A DNA stretch of 64,000 nt from a bacterium (GCA_043816765.1 JBDRHN010000023.1:17353-81352); one strand, 5' to 3'. Shown: positions 41,315-51,243, numbered from the stretch's first letter. The notes: generated from the sequence alone by a model not told the origin. Made by a program: numbers and translations.

Positions 41315-42925
41315 ATGTCCCCAAAAAACAACCCAATAAAATACTTCTTTATTTTAGGCAACAACCCCGCTCTTTCGTTGGCTGAAATTTTCGGGTTGCT
41401 TAATTCTGGAGATAAAGACTTCCGCCTCGCGGGAGTCTCTCCGCAGAGGACTCCCGCGAGACAAGGTTGTCATACTCCCACGTCGGAGTCCCCCGCCTGC
41501 GGGCGGGGAGACTCCGACGGAGCACCGAGTCAAAATTTTAATTTACATAAAAATGCCAGAATAATAACTTTTTGTAAAGATTTTTTGATTATTGAATTAG
41601 ATAAAAAAATTGACGCGAATAAGTTGATGGGGGTTTTGGGCGGGACTATTAAAATAGGGATTATTTTAGAAAGCCAAAATGCAAATATTGAAACGCGCGA
41701 TTTGATTGAAAAAATTAATATTGATAAAAATAAAAAATTTTATTTTGGTTTTAGCGCTTATGGTAAAATTGGCGCGAATTTTAAACGGCTTGCAATGGAA
41801 ATAAAAAAAAAATTAAAGCAAGATGGGACATCTTCGCGCTGGGTAATCTCGCGCGAAAAGCAGTTGTCTTCTGTCGTTGTTAAAAAAAATAAATTAGTTG
41901 GTGAAAATGGAACGGAGTTTTGTGTTTTGAAAAATAAAGATAAAATTTTTTGGGGCAAGACTTTGGCTGTTCAGGAATTTGAAGATTATGGACAAAGAGA
42001 TTTTTATCGACCCGCAAGAGATCCGAAATCAGGGATGATTCCCCCAAAACTTGCGAATATGATGATCAATTTAGCGCGCGCTGAATTGGACTTTAAAACA
42101 AAAAACGGCATAACTCTTTTAGATCCGTTTTGCGGAAGCGGGACGATTTTGCAAGAAGCGGCGATTTTGGGGATTAATAAAATAATCGGGAGCGACTTGA
42201 GCGAAAAGGCGACGCGAGATTCGGAACAAAATTTGAAATGGCTGGAAGAACGTATTGACATTTCACCGCAGTCCGCTAACGGAAAAAGTGGTATTGCGCG
42301 GATAGATGCGACGACGTCGCCGCATGCGGGAAAGAGGCTGAACACCCCGCTGGACGTTCAGCGCCTAGGGCGCGAGGACTCCTGCGCAATTTCAATTTTT
42401 AATTCTGACGTCAGAAAAATAAGCGAACTAATTCCCGCCGGTTCTGTTGATTTAATAGTTGCCGAACCTTATCTGGGACCGCCTTTATCTGGGGGTGAAA
42501 ACGAAAATAGAATTAGCCAAATTGTTCAAGAGCTAAGCGAGTTATATTTATCAGCTTTTAAAGAGTTTAAAAAAATTCTAAAAAAAGACGGGTGTATTTG
42601 CATGGTCTGGCCGGTCTTTGCTATTTGCAAAAAAAATATATTTCTGCCGATTTTGGGTGAGGTAGAGAAACTGGGGTTTAGGCAGGTTAGGTTTGATAGC
42701 GGCAATTATGTTAATTTAATTTTTGATGGCGGTTGTAAAACGCAATTTGCCGCTCCCGCGCCGCAGTCCCCTGACGGGAGACTGCGGCGGAGCACAGGTA
42801 ATGATGGCGATGAATTAAAAAATTTTAAAAAAAATCTCGCTGATAATTTTAGCGAGCGTGGAAATATTGTTTACGGACGAGATAGGCAGATTGTCAAAAG
42901 AGAGATTGCGATTTTTAAAATATAA
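41315..42925 (+). CDS. THUMP-domain SAM-dependent RNA methyltransferase (UPF0020/Trm11-like) with three in-frame GC-rich palindromic insertions
   Basis: LLDPFCGSGTILQEAAILG SAM motif, DLIVAEPY; insertions at 41423-41528, 42300-42385, 42748-42810. Confidence 0.75.
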   Translation: MSPKNNPIKYFFILGNNPALSLAEIFGLLNSGDKDFRLAGVSPQRTPARQGCHTPTSESPACGRGDSDGAPSQNFNLHKNARIITFCKDFLIIELDKKIDANKLMGVLGGTIKIGIILESQNANIETRDLIEKINIDKNKKFYFGFSAYGKIGANFKRLAMEIKKKLKQDGTSSRWVISREKQLSSVVVKKNKLVGENGTEFCVLKNKDKIFWGKTLAVQEFEDYGQRDFYRPARDPKSGMIPPKLANMMINLARAELDFKTKNGITLLDPFCGSGTILQEAAILGINKIIGSDLSEKATRDSEQNLKWLEERIDISPQSANGKSGIARIDATTSPHAGKRLNTPLDVQRLGREDSCAISIFNSDVRKISELIPAGSVDLIVAEPYLGPPLSGGENENRISQIVQELSELYLSAFKEFKKILKKDGCICMVWPVFAICKKNIFLPILGEVEKLGFRQVRFDSGNYVNLIFDGGCKTQFAAPAPQSPDGRLRRSTGNDGDELKNFKKNLADNFSERGNIVYGRDRQIVKREIAIFKI

Positions 42926-42926
42926 A

Positions 42927-43385
42927 TCAGGTGGTAATATAAATTAAACAAATAATAATAACCAATTGCAACAATAAGCCCTGCTTGACTGTCATTTTTG
43001 AGGGTATATAATTATGAATATAGCCATGAAAACTGCTAAAAGGCTTTAAAAATTTGGGTTTAAAAATTTGATAATATATATTTAAAACATCTGGTAAAAT
43101 ACTGCCGAGAACAGCCCAAAAAATATGAGCTGATTTTGGAATTATTGTATATGTAAAAATATAAAGAAGATAAAAAATAGTAATGAAAGCGTCAAGAATG
43201 TTTAGACTCAAAATCAAATCTCTATTAATGCGGCGGCTAAACCAATGCATTAAATTTCCGTCTCCATGGGGGATGAAATCTAAAACAAAATGAGAAACGA
43301 CCGCTAAAAGAAAAATTCCAGTAGCTGATGTTGTTATGCTCTTGGCGATAATAACGCCGATGGCTGTGTGAACGGAGATTAACAT
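42927..43385 (-). CDS. membrane protein, YdjM/DUF457-like metal-dependent hydrolase (tentative)
   Basis: 4-5 TM helices, HFVLDFIPHGD motif. Confidence 0.45.
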   Translation of the reverse strand: MLISVHTAIGVIIAKSITTSATGIFLLAVVSHFVLDFIPHGDGNLMHWFSRRINRDLILSLNILDAFITIFYLLYIFTYTIIPKSAHIFWAVLGSILPDVLNIYYQIFKPKFLKPFSSFHGYIHNYIPSKMTVKQGLLLQLVIIICLIYITT

Positions 43386-43471
43386 AATTTAGTAATTAGT
43401 AACTAGTAATCAGTAACTAGTAAATTCCTATCCCTTATTACTGATTACTAGTTACTAATTACTAAAACATG

Positions 43472-43545
43472 TAGCAGGAGTGGGGCTTGAACCCACGACC
43501 TTGGCGTTATGAGTGCCACGCTCTAACCAGCTGAGCTATCCTGCC
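43472..43545 (-). tRNA. tRNA-Met (anticodon CAU; Ile-lysidine not excluded)
   Basis: manual cloverleaf: acceptor GGCAGGA/TCCTGCT, D-arm GCTC/GAGC, anticodon loop CTCATAA, T-arm GTGGG-TTCAAGC-CCCAC. Confidence 0.75.
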
Positions 43546-43769
43546 ATTTATGCTTTTAAGCAACATAGAATATAATAGCAAATAAGAAAAAAAATACAAT
43601 ACTAAACTTTATATAAAATAATTAACTGGACTTTGATTTGACAATATAAACAGCTTTATATATAATATAAACAACCACTTAAAAAATAGTGGTCTTTAAA
43701 AAAATAAGAAACCAAAACTTCTCAAAGACACTGTAAATATGGTGTTTTAGAAGTTCGGTCCACAAAGAA

Positions 43770-44102
43770 ATGGCAGAAAAATTTTCAGACCAAGAGTTTG
43801 TTGAGTACATCATCAAACAAATTGTCGGTCATCCAGAAGACGTGTCTACGCAAAGAATTGTAGACGAAAGAGGCGTACTTATCACACTTAACATCAACCT
43901 CGCAGACATGGGTTATGTAATCGGTCGGCAAGGTCAAACAGCAAGAGCTGTTCGCACTTTGCTAAAAATCGTAGGCGCTAAGAACAACGCTCGAGTTAAT
44001 TTAAAGATTAACGAGCCAGAAGGTTCAACGCGCATGCCTAGGGAATCATCACCAAGAAGAGAGCCGATTGACACAACAGTAGTAGATGATTTAAAAATAT
44101 AA
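43770..44102 (+). CDS. khpA: KH-domain RNA-binding protein (KhpA/YlqC-like) with C-terminal extension
   Basis: VIGRQGQTARAVRTLLKIVGAK KH_4 signature. Confidence 0.75.
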   Translation: MAEKFSDQEFVEYIIKQIVGHPEDVSTQRIVDERGVLITLNINLADMGYVIGRQGQTARAVRTLLKIVGAKNNARVNLKINEPEGSTRMPRESSPRREPIDTTVVDDLKI

Positions 44103-44121
44103 ATTAATCGCTCATACAAAC

Positions 44122-44148
44122 AACCCGCAATCAGCGGGTTGTTTTTTT
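44122..44148 (+). terminator. Rho-independent terminator
   Basis: AACCCGC-aatca-GCGGGTT + T7. Confidence 0.7.
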
Positions 44149-44203
44149 GATTTGCTATATTGTGGTATTGTTAGTAAAATAGGGTTATAATTTGTACGCG
44201 AAT

Positions 44204-44453
44204 TGTCATTCCGACCGGAGTTGAAAAAATTTAAAAACACAATGGTGCCCATTCAATATAACTACTAAATAAAAATACAAAAAAAATTTATATTACAATT
44301 TAGTTTCATAGTTCAATATTAAAAAAATATTTTCAATCAGTAGAATAGATTAGCTCAATCATCAAGGGATTCCTCCGCTCCGCAAATATTGAATAGAAAA
44401 TTTTATGTCTTCGACAAAAATTTTCTATTCAATATTTGCTCCGGTCGGAATGA
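44204..44453. mobile_element. MITE-like element with perfect 18-bp terminal inverted repeats TTGTCATTCCGACCGGAG
   Basis: TIRs at 44204-44221 and 44436-44453; internal palindrome AATATTGAATAGAAAATTTT..AAAATTTTCTATTCAATATT; solo terminus-like copy at 17205-17225. Confidence 0.6.
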
Positions 44454-44501
44454 CAGTGTTTTAAAATTTAAAATTTGTGTAATTTAAAATTTACCTAACA
44501 T

Positions 44502-46061
44502 ATGCCAAAAAAAACCAAAATACTATTTCTACTACTCCTCTGTCCTCTGCTCTTTGTGCAACCGATTTTTGCGCAAGAAAAAACGGAACAACAAAAAGAC
44601 GCGTCGGTTGAGTCTGAGGAATCTAAAGCCGAAGAAAACACTGAGGAAGAAAATCAAGAAATAGAACCCATAATAACTTCTGAGGGCGCTATTTTTGTGG
44701 AGAAAAAAATACTGTTTGACGCTTCTGATTCGGTTCTTTTGAATATTCCGGCGCAAGTCAGTTATATTTGGAAATTTGACGACGGAACTTCCGCGAACGG
44801 TAAAGAGGTTTTGCATAGTTTCAAAAAAACGGGAAAGCATAAGGTGGAACTTACAATACAACAAGGCGCGCAAATTAAAGCAGCCGAAAAAGAAATTTTT
44901 ATTTATGATAAAAAGGTTTTATTAATCACAGACAGCGACAAACAAAGCGGACTTGAATTGATTACGGAACAAGCGGCGGATAATGGGGTCTTTCTTAAAA
45001 TGATTTCTGTAACAGAAGAAGAAACCGGATTTTTAACTGAAGAAAAACTTGTCCAAATTATTAAAGAAAACAGCGAATTTATTAATACGGCGGATGTGCT
45101 GATTTTTCACACTAAAACATCTTTAGGGTTGCAATCGTTTACTCGATATTGGCAACTCGCTGAAACCAAACCTGATTTGAAAAATAAATTAGTCGTTAAA
45201 ATTAGCGATGAAAGCATGCTTGTGGCGTCAAAAATCGCGCAACAAAATTTTGATGTTATTACGCCTAATTATATTTTACTGACAAGAAAAGAGGCGTTAA
45301 ATCCTATTTTTGAAACGAAAGATTATACTAAAATCGTTGAAAATCTGAAAAGCAGAGGTATTGAATATCAAATTATTGATGAGAGAACCGAGAGATCAAG
45401 ATTTTTTATTTTATCAAACTGGATTACAAACTTTATCGCAAACGGAATTCCGGCCAATACGATTTATCTTATTTTAGCAATTCCGTTTATCACTTTTATT
45501 ATCGCTTTCGCGCGCCAAGTCGTGGGAATTTCAACTTTCGGGGTTTATACTCCCACGGTTCTCGCGCTTACTTTTTTAATCTTGGGGATATATTTTGGAT
45601 TGGGGGCTTTGCTGATTGTGGTTTTTGTAAGTTATATGCTGAGGCTGGTTTTGCAAAGAATAGAACTTTTGTATACTCCGCGTCTGAGTTTGGCTCTTTC
45701 AACCATCAGCCTTTCTCTGCTCGCCATTATTTGGTTTTTGATAAAATTTGGCAGTCCGATATCGATTCCTCTTGCGATTTTTCCTTTGATTGTTATGTCG
45801 ACAATGTCGGAAAAATTTACCGCGGCGCAGTCTGAAGAAGGTTTGCGCGGAGCTCTCTTTGGCGCTTTTCAAACCATTCTAGTTGCCGTTGCCGCTTATT
45901 ATCTGGTGATTTGGACAGCTTTTTCTAACCTTCTAATGTATCTTCCCGAGCTTATATTTGTTCCTCTTGCCGGAAATATTTTGTTGGGCAAATTTACAGG
46001 TCTGCGCTTGACGGAATATTTCAGGTTTCGCGCGCTGTTCAAGGAACATACTGAAGAATAG
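44502..46061 (+). CDS. secreted/membrane protein: signal peptide, PKD-like ectodomain, C-terminal multi-TM (7TM-like) domain
   Basis: signal peptide LLLLCPLLFVQPIFA; PKD-like YIWKFDDGTSANGKEVLHSFKKTGKHKVELTI; ~7 TM helices in C-terminal 230 aa. Confidence 0.75.
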   Translation: MPKKTKILFLLLLCPLLFVQPIFAQEKTEQQKDASVESEESKAEENTEEENQEIEPIITSEGAIFVEKKILFDASDSVLLNIPAQVSYIWKFDDGTSANGKEVLHSFKKTGKHKVELTIQQGAQIKAAEKEIFIYDKKVLLITDSDKQSGLELITEQAADNGVFLKMISVTEEETGFLTEEKLVQIIKENSEFINTADVLIFHTKTSLGLQSFTRYWQLAETKPDLKNKLVVKISDESMLVASKIAQQNFDVITPNYILLTRKEALNPIFETKDYTKIVENLKSRGIEYQIIDERTERSRFFILSNWITNFIANGIPANTIYLILAIPFITFIIAFARQVVGISTFGVYTPTVLALTFLILGIYFGLGALLIVVFVSYMLRLVLQRIELLYTPRLSLALSTISLSLLAIIWFLIKFGSPISIPLAIFPLIVMSTMSEKFTAAQSEEGLRGALFGAFQTILVAVAAYYLVIWTAFSNLLMYLPELIFVPLAGNILLGKFTGLRLTEYFRFRALFKEHTEE

Positions 46062-46064
46062 TTT

Positions 46065-46093
46065 GTAGAGACGAGGCACTGCCTCGTCTCTAC
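46065..46093. repeat. family A palindrome between 7TM gene and ATP-grasp gene
   Basis: GTAGAGACGAGGCACTGCCTCGTCTCTACA. Confidence 0.85.
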
Positions 46094-46109
46094 ATTATTT
46101 TATTAATTT

Positions 46110-48458
46110 ATGTCTTTTAGAAAAACAAAAAAAGAAATTTTAGGCATTAACGCGAGGAATTTGCTTTATATTTCCAAATATAATTCCAGAGCGGCCAAAA
46201 AATTTGCTGATGATAAAATTTATACAAAAAATTATCTGCAGTCCCGCGATATGCCCGCCGCGCGGTTGTATCAAGTTATTCGGTCTTATACTGAATTGGA
46301 TAATTTTAATCCAGAAAGTCTTCCCGGCAGTTTTGTGATAAAACCAAACAAGGGATATGGCGGCGAAGGGATTATTGTTGTTGTGGATAAAAAAAATGAT
46401 AAATACATATCAGTTGACGGCACTAAATACAGATGGGATGGCGAGCTGTATCGCCATTGCGAAAGTATCCTAAGCGGACGTTATTCAATTTCCGGATTGC
46501 ATGATCAGATTATCTTTGAAGAATATTTAATCCGTCATGATTATTTTGATAAATTCACAAGCAAGGGTCTGCCGGATGTTCGCATTATTGTTTTTAATCT
46601 GATTCCCGTGATGGCGATGCTCCGGCTTCCAACGGAAGAATCTAAAGGAAAAGCAAATGTTCATTTGGGCGGGATTGGTCTTGGTATTGATATGAAAAGC
46701 GGAAAAACAACTTATGGTGTTACGCAAAAAAGCGTTTACAAAAATGAATTTATAAAAATCTTGCCAAATGGGGATCCTACAAACAGTATAACAATCCCCT
46801 ATTGGGATGAGATATTGCTAATGTCAGCTAAAGCTCAGGCCGCGAGCAAAATTGGTTATTTGGCGGCTGATTTGGCGATTACAAAAACAGGTGTAAAAAT
46901 TTTAGAATTAAACGCGCGCGCGGGGCTGGCTCTGCAAATTGCCAACCTCTCCCCTCTTCGGGCGCGTTTGGATAAGATTGTTGATTTGAAAGTTCTTACT
47001 CCCGAGCAAGGGGTTGAGATAAGTAAAACATTATTTACCAAAACCGCTTTACCTGCAAAAAAGGATGAAAATAAAACAGAAAGTTCAAAGCAGATTATCG
47101 GACTATATGAAAAAATAGAGATTTTGAATACTAAACATAAATCTATTTTAGCAAAAATCGATCCATGGGCAAAAGAAAATATTATTGATCAAGACATGGA
47201 TATTGAAGGACAAGACAAAATAGCGACAATTAAACTTTTAAACAAAAGAGTTACTTTTCCCTTTGTGAAAAAAAAACTCGGAGACGTTAATTATAAAGTT
47301 GTTATCGCGGGAAAATATTTAACGGATTTTTTGATTGACGCTAGCATCAGCAAACCGCAAGAACGAAAGGGTAAAAGCAATGTTGAGCAGGATGAAAAAA
47401 TTGCCATCAATGTTGATAAAAAAATCTGCCAAATTGATGAGGCTGTTCATCTGTTATCGTATTTACGTCCTTTAAATTTAGACGAGGAAAAAACAGCTTT
47501 TTTTGAGCATGCTAATTACAACCCTAAATTCATTTACCGCAAAGTCGCTATTGATGTTGAGCAACTTAAAAAAGATTTAAAAAAAATCCCGACTAAATTC
47601 AAACATCCTTTGGCTCCACTTTTTGTAAATAAAATAAAAGAGGTTGATAATAAATTATCTTTGATTGAGTCGGTTGATACTCCGAAACTTCAATTTTTTT
47701 CAGAAAAGCTTTATAGCGGCGTTGATAAAAATTTATATGATCAGGCTGTTGAATATATAAAACAGAATCCTATTACCAAAGATGAGAGTAAGATTTTAAA
47801 TTTTAAGACGAGCATAAAAAAAATCGAAAAATCGTTGAAAGAAAATAAATTGCATGGCTGGAAAATAAAAATAGTTGAAGGGGTGGCTGTTGATATGCAG
47901 GTTAATAAATCGGGGACTATTTTTGTTAAAAAAGGAGCGGAATTTTCGGTCAACAGATTGGAAAGTTTGATAGCGCACGAAATTAAAACCCATATTTTTA
48001 GGTTGGAAAATGGACGTTTGCAAAAATATAGAATTTTTGAAAGGGGCACTGCTGAGTATCTGACAACGGAAGAGGGGTTATCTATTTACAACCAAAACGC
48101 TTTAGGGATTCATTTGGGAGACAAACAGATATGGCCGGCGTTAAATGTTATTGCGGTATATATGGGATCGAAAATGAGTTTTCGCGAGTTACATAATTAT
48201 TTGATGGAAAACTATTTTATCAGCGCTGAATCGGCATGGAAAACATGCGTTAAGGCGAAAAGGGGTTATACGGACACGGGAGAACATCTGGTTTTCGCCA
48301 AAGACCATATTTATTTTAAAGGTTTGATGATGGTTGAAAAATTTGTTAAAAATTATGGGAAAGAGAAGTTGAAAGATTTGTATATTGGTAAAATCGGGGT
48401 TAATGAATTGAAATATGTTAAAAATATAAAGGATTATAGGGTGAAGTATTTGCCTTGA
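46110..48458 (+). CDS. fusion protein: RimK/alpha-L-glutamate-ligase-like ATP-grasp (N) + DUF1704 (QEGLA/MATCAP-like putative metallopeptidase) (C)
   Basis: N-terminus ILGINARNLLYISKYNSRAAKKFADDKIYTK matches TIGR02291-type ATP-grasps; C-half has HEIKTH and TEEGLS (QEGLA-like) motifs. Confidence 0.65.
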   Translation: MSFRKTKKEILGINARNLLYISKYNSRAAKKFADDKIYTKNYLQSRDMPAARLYQVIRSYTELDNFNPESLPGSFVIKPNKGYGGEGIIVVVDKKNDKYISVDGTKYRWDGELYRHCESILSGRYSISGLHDQIIFEEYLIRHDYFDKFTSKGLPDVRIIVFNLIPVMAMLRLPTEESKGKANVHLGGIGLGIDMKSGKTTYGVTQKSVYKNEFIKILPNGDPTNSITIPYWDEILLMSAKAQAASKIGYLAADLAITKTGVKILELNARAGLALQIANLSPLRARLDKIVDLKVLTPEQGVEISKTLFTKTALPAKKDENKTESSKQIIGLYEKIEILNTKHKSILAKIDPWAKENIIDQDMDIEGQDKIATIKLLNKRVTFPFVKKKLGDVNYKVVIAGKYLTDFLIDASISKPQERKGKSNVEQDEKIAINVDKKICQIDEAVHLLSYLRPLNLDEEKTAFFEHANYNPKFIYRKVAIDVEQLKKDLKKIPTKFKHPLAPLFVNKIKEVDNKLSLIESVDTPKLQFFSEKLYSGVDKNLYDQAVEYIKQNPITKDESKILNFKTSIKKIEKSLKENKLHGWKIKIVEGVAVDMQVNKSGTIFVKKGAEFSVNRLESLIAHEIKTHIFRLENGRLQKYRIFERGTAEYLTTEEGLSIYNQNALGIHLGDKQIWPALNVIAVYMGSKMSFRELHNYLMENYFISAESAWKTCVKAKRGYTDTGEHLVFAKDHIYFKGLMMVEKFVKNYGKEKLKDLYIGKIGVNELKYVKNIKDYRVKYLP

Positions 48459-48511
48459 TTCTTTTTGTATAACAAGGTAATATAAACTAGGTATAAAAAG
48501 CTAAGATTATT

Positions 48512-49450
48512 ATGAAAAAAATAATTGCGATTTATTTTTCCGACCCTGAGCCAATGGGATATCCTTTTGGAAAATCTCAATATTTAGAAATATACAAAGA
48601 AATTATTAGCAAAATTGAAAGCCACGGAATTGATGTTTTTATTGTGCGAGGAGACAGCTATATTTCAGATGGGCGCTTTAAAAGGGCATGGCAATTTATA
48701 GACGGAAACTTAAAAGAATCTAAAGGAGAAATTCGCGCTGATCTTATTTTCAATAGAGATGATAAAAACACCATACCTCTTATCCATGATTGTAAAATCA
48801 TAAATAAGCCGGAATTTGATCAAATGTGTGTTGATAAAATAAAAACATTTGAAGCCTTTCCCGATATTTCTCCGAAAACCGCATATATACATTCTTATCA
48901 AGCATTTTTAGAACAAATTGGTGAATGGCAAATGGAACCTGAGGAAATGATTGTTTTGAAAAAAAATTTTGAAACAGAGGGGCGCGGTATTTTTATAGTT
49001 CCGGTTTCGAATGTAAAAAAAGAATTATACTCAGATTGGAATGATATAATAATTCAGGAATTTTTAGACAGCTCAATTGGCATTCCGAATATTACAAATG
49101 GTTTACATGATTTGCGCGTAACAGTAATTAATGGCAGGCCGATAAATTCATTTCTTCGTGTTCCAAAAGAAGGGAGTTATCTTGCAAATGTTTCTCAGGG
49201 CGGACAGGGCACATCAATTGATCTTGATAATGTTCCGAAGGATGTTATTGATCTTGTTTGTCGCATTGACGAAAAAGTAAAAAAATATTTCCCGGCAATT
49301 TATGCCGCGGATTTTATCAATTCACCTAAGGGATATAAACTTCTTGAGTTGAATTCTCGTCCGGGGGTACAGCATCCTGATTGGTCAAAAACTTATAAAA
49401 AATTTAATGATGCTATAATTGATATGCTTGCGGAAGCGATAAAAGAATAA
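48512..49450 (+). CDS. ATP-grasp ligase (RimK/GshB-like)
   Basis: HDLRVTVINGRPI, SQGGQGTSIDLD, YKLLELNSRPG ATP-grasp C-domain motifs. Confidence 0.7.
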   Translation: MKKIIAIYFSDPEPMGYPFGKSQYLEIYKEIISKIESHGIDVFIVRGDSYISDGRFKRAWQFIDGNLKESKGEIRADLIFNRDDKNTIPLIHDCKIINKPEFDQMCVDKIKTFEAFPDISPKTAYIHSYQAFLEQIGEWQMEPEEMIVLKKNFETEGRGIFIVPVSNVKKELYSDWNDIIIQEFLDSSIGIPNITNGLHDLRVTVINGRPINSFLRVPKEGSYLANVSQGGQGTSIDLDNVPKDVIDLVCRIDEKVKKYFPAIYAADFINSPKGYKLLELNSRPGVQHPDWSKTYKKFNDAIIDMLAEAIKE

Positions 49451-49462
49451 AATTAAAAATAT

Positions 49463-50647
49463 ATGCAACAAAAAGGAAAATTCGGACAATACGGCGGGGT
49501 GTTCTCGCCGGAAACATTGATGCCCGCTTTGGAAGAGCTTGAAGCGGCTTATTTTAATATTGTTAAAAAAGATAAAAAGTTTAATGCTGAATTAAATTAT
49601 TTATTGCAACAATACGCGGGCAGACCGACGCCGCTTTATTTTGCGGAGAATTTGTCAAAAAAATTGGGACGTAAAATTTATCTCAAACGAGAAGACTTGT
49701 TGCATGGCGGAGCGCATAAGACTAACAATGGTTTGGGGCAAGGTTTGCTTGCCAAATATATGGGAAAGAAAAGGATTATAGCGGAAACGGGGGCGGGGCA
49801 GCATGGGTTTGCCGTAGCGATGATTGGCGCGTTTTTGGGGATACAGACGGAAGTATATATGGGCGTGGAAGATATAGAAAGGCAAAGAATGAATGTTCTG
49901 CGAATGAGGATGTGCGGGGCGAAAATTAATCCGGTTGAAATTCGTCCGGGGGTTGGTTCCCTCAAAGACGCGACTAACGAGGCGATGCGCGACTGGATAA
50001 CAAATGTTCGCACTACTTATTATATAATCGGTTCAGCGGTCGGGCCTCATCCGTATCCAACTATGGTGGCGCAATTTCAGAGAGTTATCAGCAAAGAGAT
50101 AAAAAAGCAGAGCATAAAACAGATCGGTAAATTGCCTGATACTGTGATTGCTTGCGTTGGCGGAGGCAGTAACGCAATCGGCGCTTTTTATGAATTTATT
50201 AATGATAAAAAAGTAAAGTTAATAGGCGTTGAGCCTGCCGGTTTGGGTGTTAATACGACTAAAACCGGAGCGTCAATCGGCAAAGGACGAGATGGAATAT
50301 TGCACGGTTCGCTGTCTAAAGTTCTTCAAGATAAAGACGGGCAAATTAAAGAGGCGTATAGCGTTTCCGCGGGGCTTGATTATCCGGGGGTTGGTCCGCA
50401 ACATGCTCATCTCGCAAAAACAGGGCGCGCGAAATACGAGGCTGTTACCGACAAAGAGGCGTTGGACGCGTTTGAATTGTTGTCAAAGTGCGAAGGAATC
50501 ATTCCCGCGCTTGAATCGGCTCATGCTGTTGCTTATGCTGTGAAATATGCTAAAATATGTCGGAAGGATGAGGTTGTGGTGGTTAATTTGTCGGGGCGGG
50601 GAGATAAAGATATGGAACATGTGAGCTCTCTAATAGGACACAGATAA
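49463..50647 (+). CDS. trpB: tryptophan synthase beta chain
   Basis: full-length TrpB (PLP Lys region [17 protein letters not shown]). Confidence 0.96.
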   Translation: MQQKGKFGQYGGVFSPETLMPALEELEAAYFNIVKKDKKFNAELNYLLQQYAGRPTPLYFAENLSKKLGRKIYLKREDLLHGGAHKTNNGLGQGLLAKYMGKKRIIAETGAGQHGFAVAMIGAFLGIQTEVYMGVEDIERQRMNVLRMRMCGAKINPVEIRPGVGSLKDATNEAMRDWITNVRTTYYIIGSAVGPHPYPTMVAQFQRVISKEIKKQSIKQIGKLPDTVIACVGGGSNAIGAFYEFINDKKVKLIGVEPAGLGVNTTKTGASIGKGRDGILHGSLSKVLQDKDGQIKEAYSVSAGLDYPGVGPQHAHLAKTGRAKYEAVTDKEALDAFELLSKCEGIIPALESAHAVAYAVKYAKICRKDEVVVVNLSGRGDKDMEHVSSLIGHR

Positions 50648-50740
50648 ACACAGACTAAAGCGCAGATAAACACAGATAAAATTATAAAAAATCAGTGTTC
50701 ATCTGCGCCCGAATGGTCAGTGTTTATTTGTGTGCTATTA
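50638..50740 (+). repeat. ~100-bp CAGATAAACACAG-family repeat, copy 1 (overlaps trpB stop)
   Basis: near-identical to 51138-51240; internal imperfect palindrome GCGCAGATAAACAC...GTGTTCATCTGCGC. Confidence 0.85.
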
Positions 50741-50747
50741 TATAAAT

Positions 50748-51155
50748 ATGCAAAATTATCAACACTCAGAATTGACCAAAAAAATTATTTCCTGTTTTTA
50801 TCAAGTCTACAATACTCTCGGTTATGGGTTTTTAGAAAAGGTCTATGAAAATTCTTTAATAAAAGAGTTGAATAAAAATGGATTAAAACCAGTTCAACAA
50901 ATGCCGATTAAGGTTTATTATGAAGGTGAATTGGTTGGTGATTATTTTGCAGATATTGTTGTTGAAAATTTGGTGATATTAGAACTAAAAGCGCAGGAAC
51001 TTCTATGCCCTGAGAACGAAGCTCAGCTATTGAACTATTTAAAAGCAACGAAGTATGAGATTGGTTTATTGTTAAATTTTGGAACAAAGCCAGAGATAAG
51101 GCGAAAAATATATAGCAATAATTTAAAGAATTCAACACAGATAAACACAGACTAA
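50748..51155 (+). CDS. GxxExxY protein (predicted PD-(D/E)xK nuclease fold)
   Basis: LGYGFLEKVYENSL motif plus DIVVEN..LELK; flanked by direct repeats; start at ATG 50748. Confidence 0.75.
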   Translation: MQNYQHSELTKKIISCFYQVYNTLGYGFLEKVYENSLIKELNKNGLKPVQQMPIKVYYEGELVGDYFADIVVENLVILELKAQELLCPENEAQLLNYLKATKYEIGLLLNFGTKPEIRRKIYSNNLKNSTQINTD

Positions 51156-51240
51156 AGCGCAGATAAACACAGATAAAATTATAAAAAATCAGTGTTCATC
51201 TGCGCCCGAAGGGTCAGTGTTTATTTGTGTGCTATTTAAA
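51138..51240 (+). repeat. ~100-bp repeat, copy 2 (direct repeat of copy 1)
   Basis: approximately one mismatch over ~100 bp relative to copy 1. Confidence 0.85.
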
Positions 51241-51243
51241 GAT

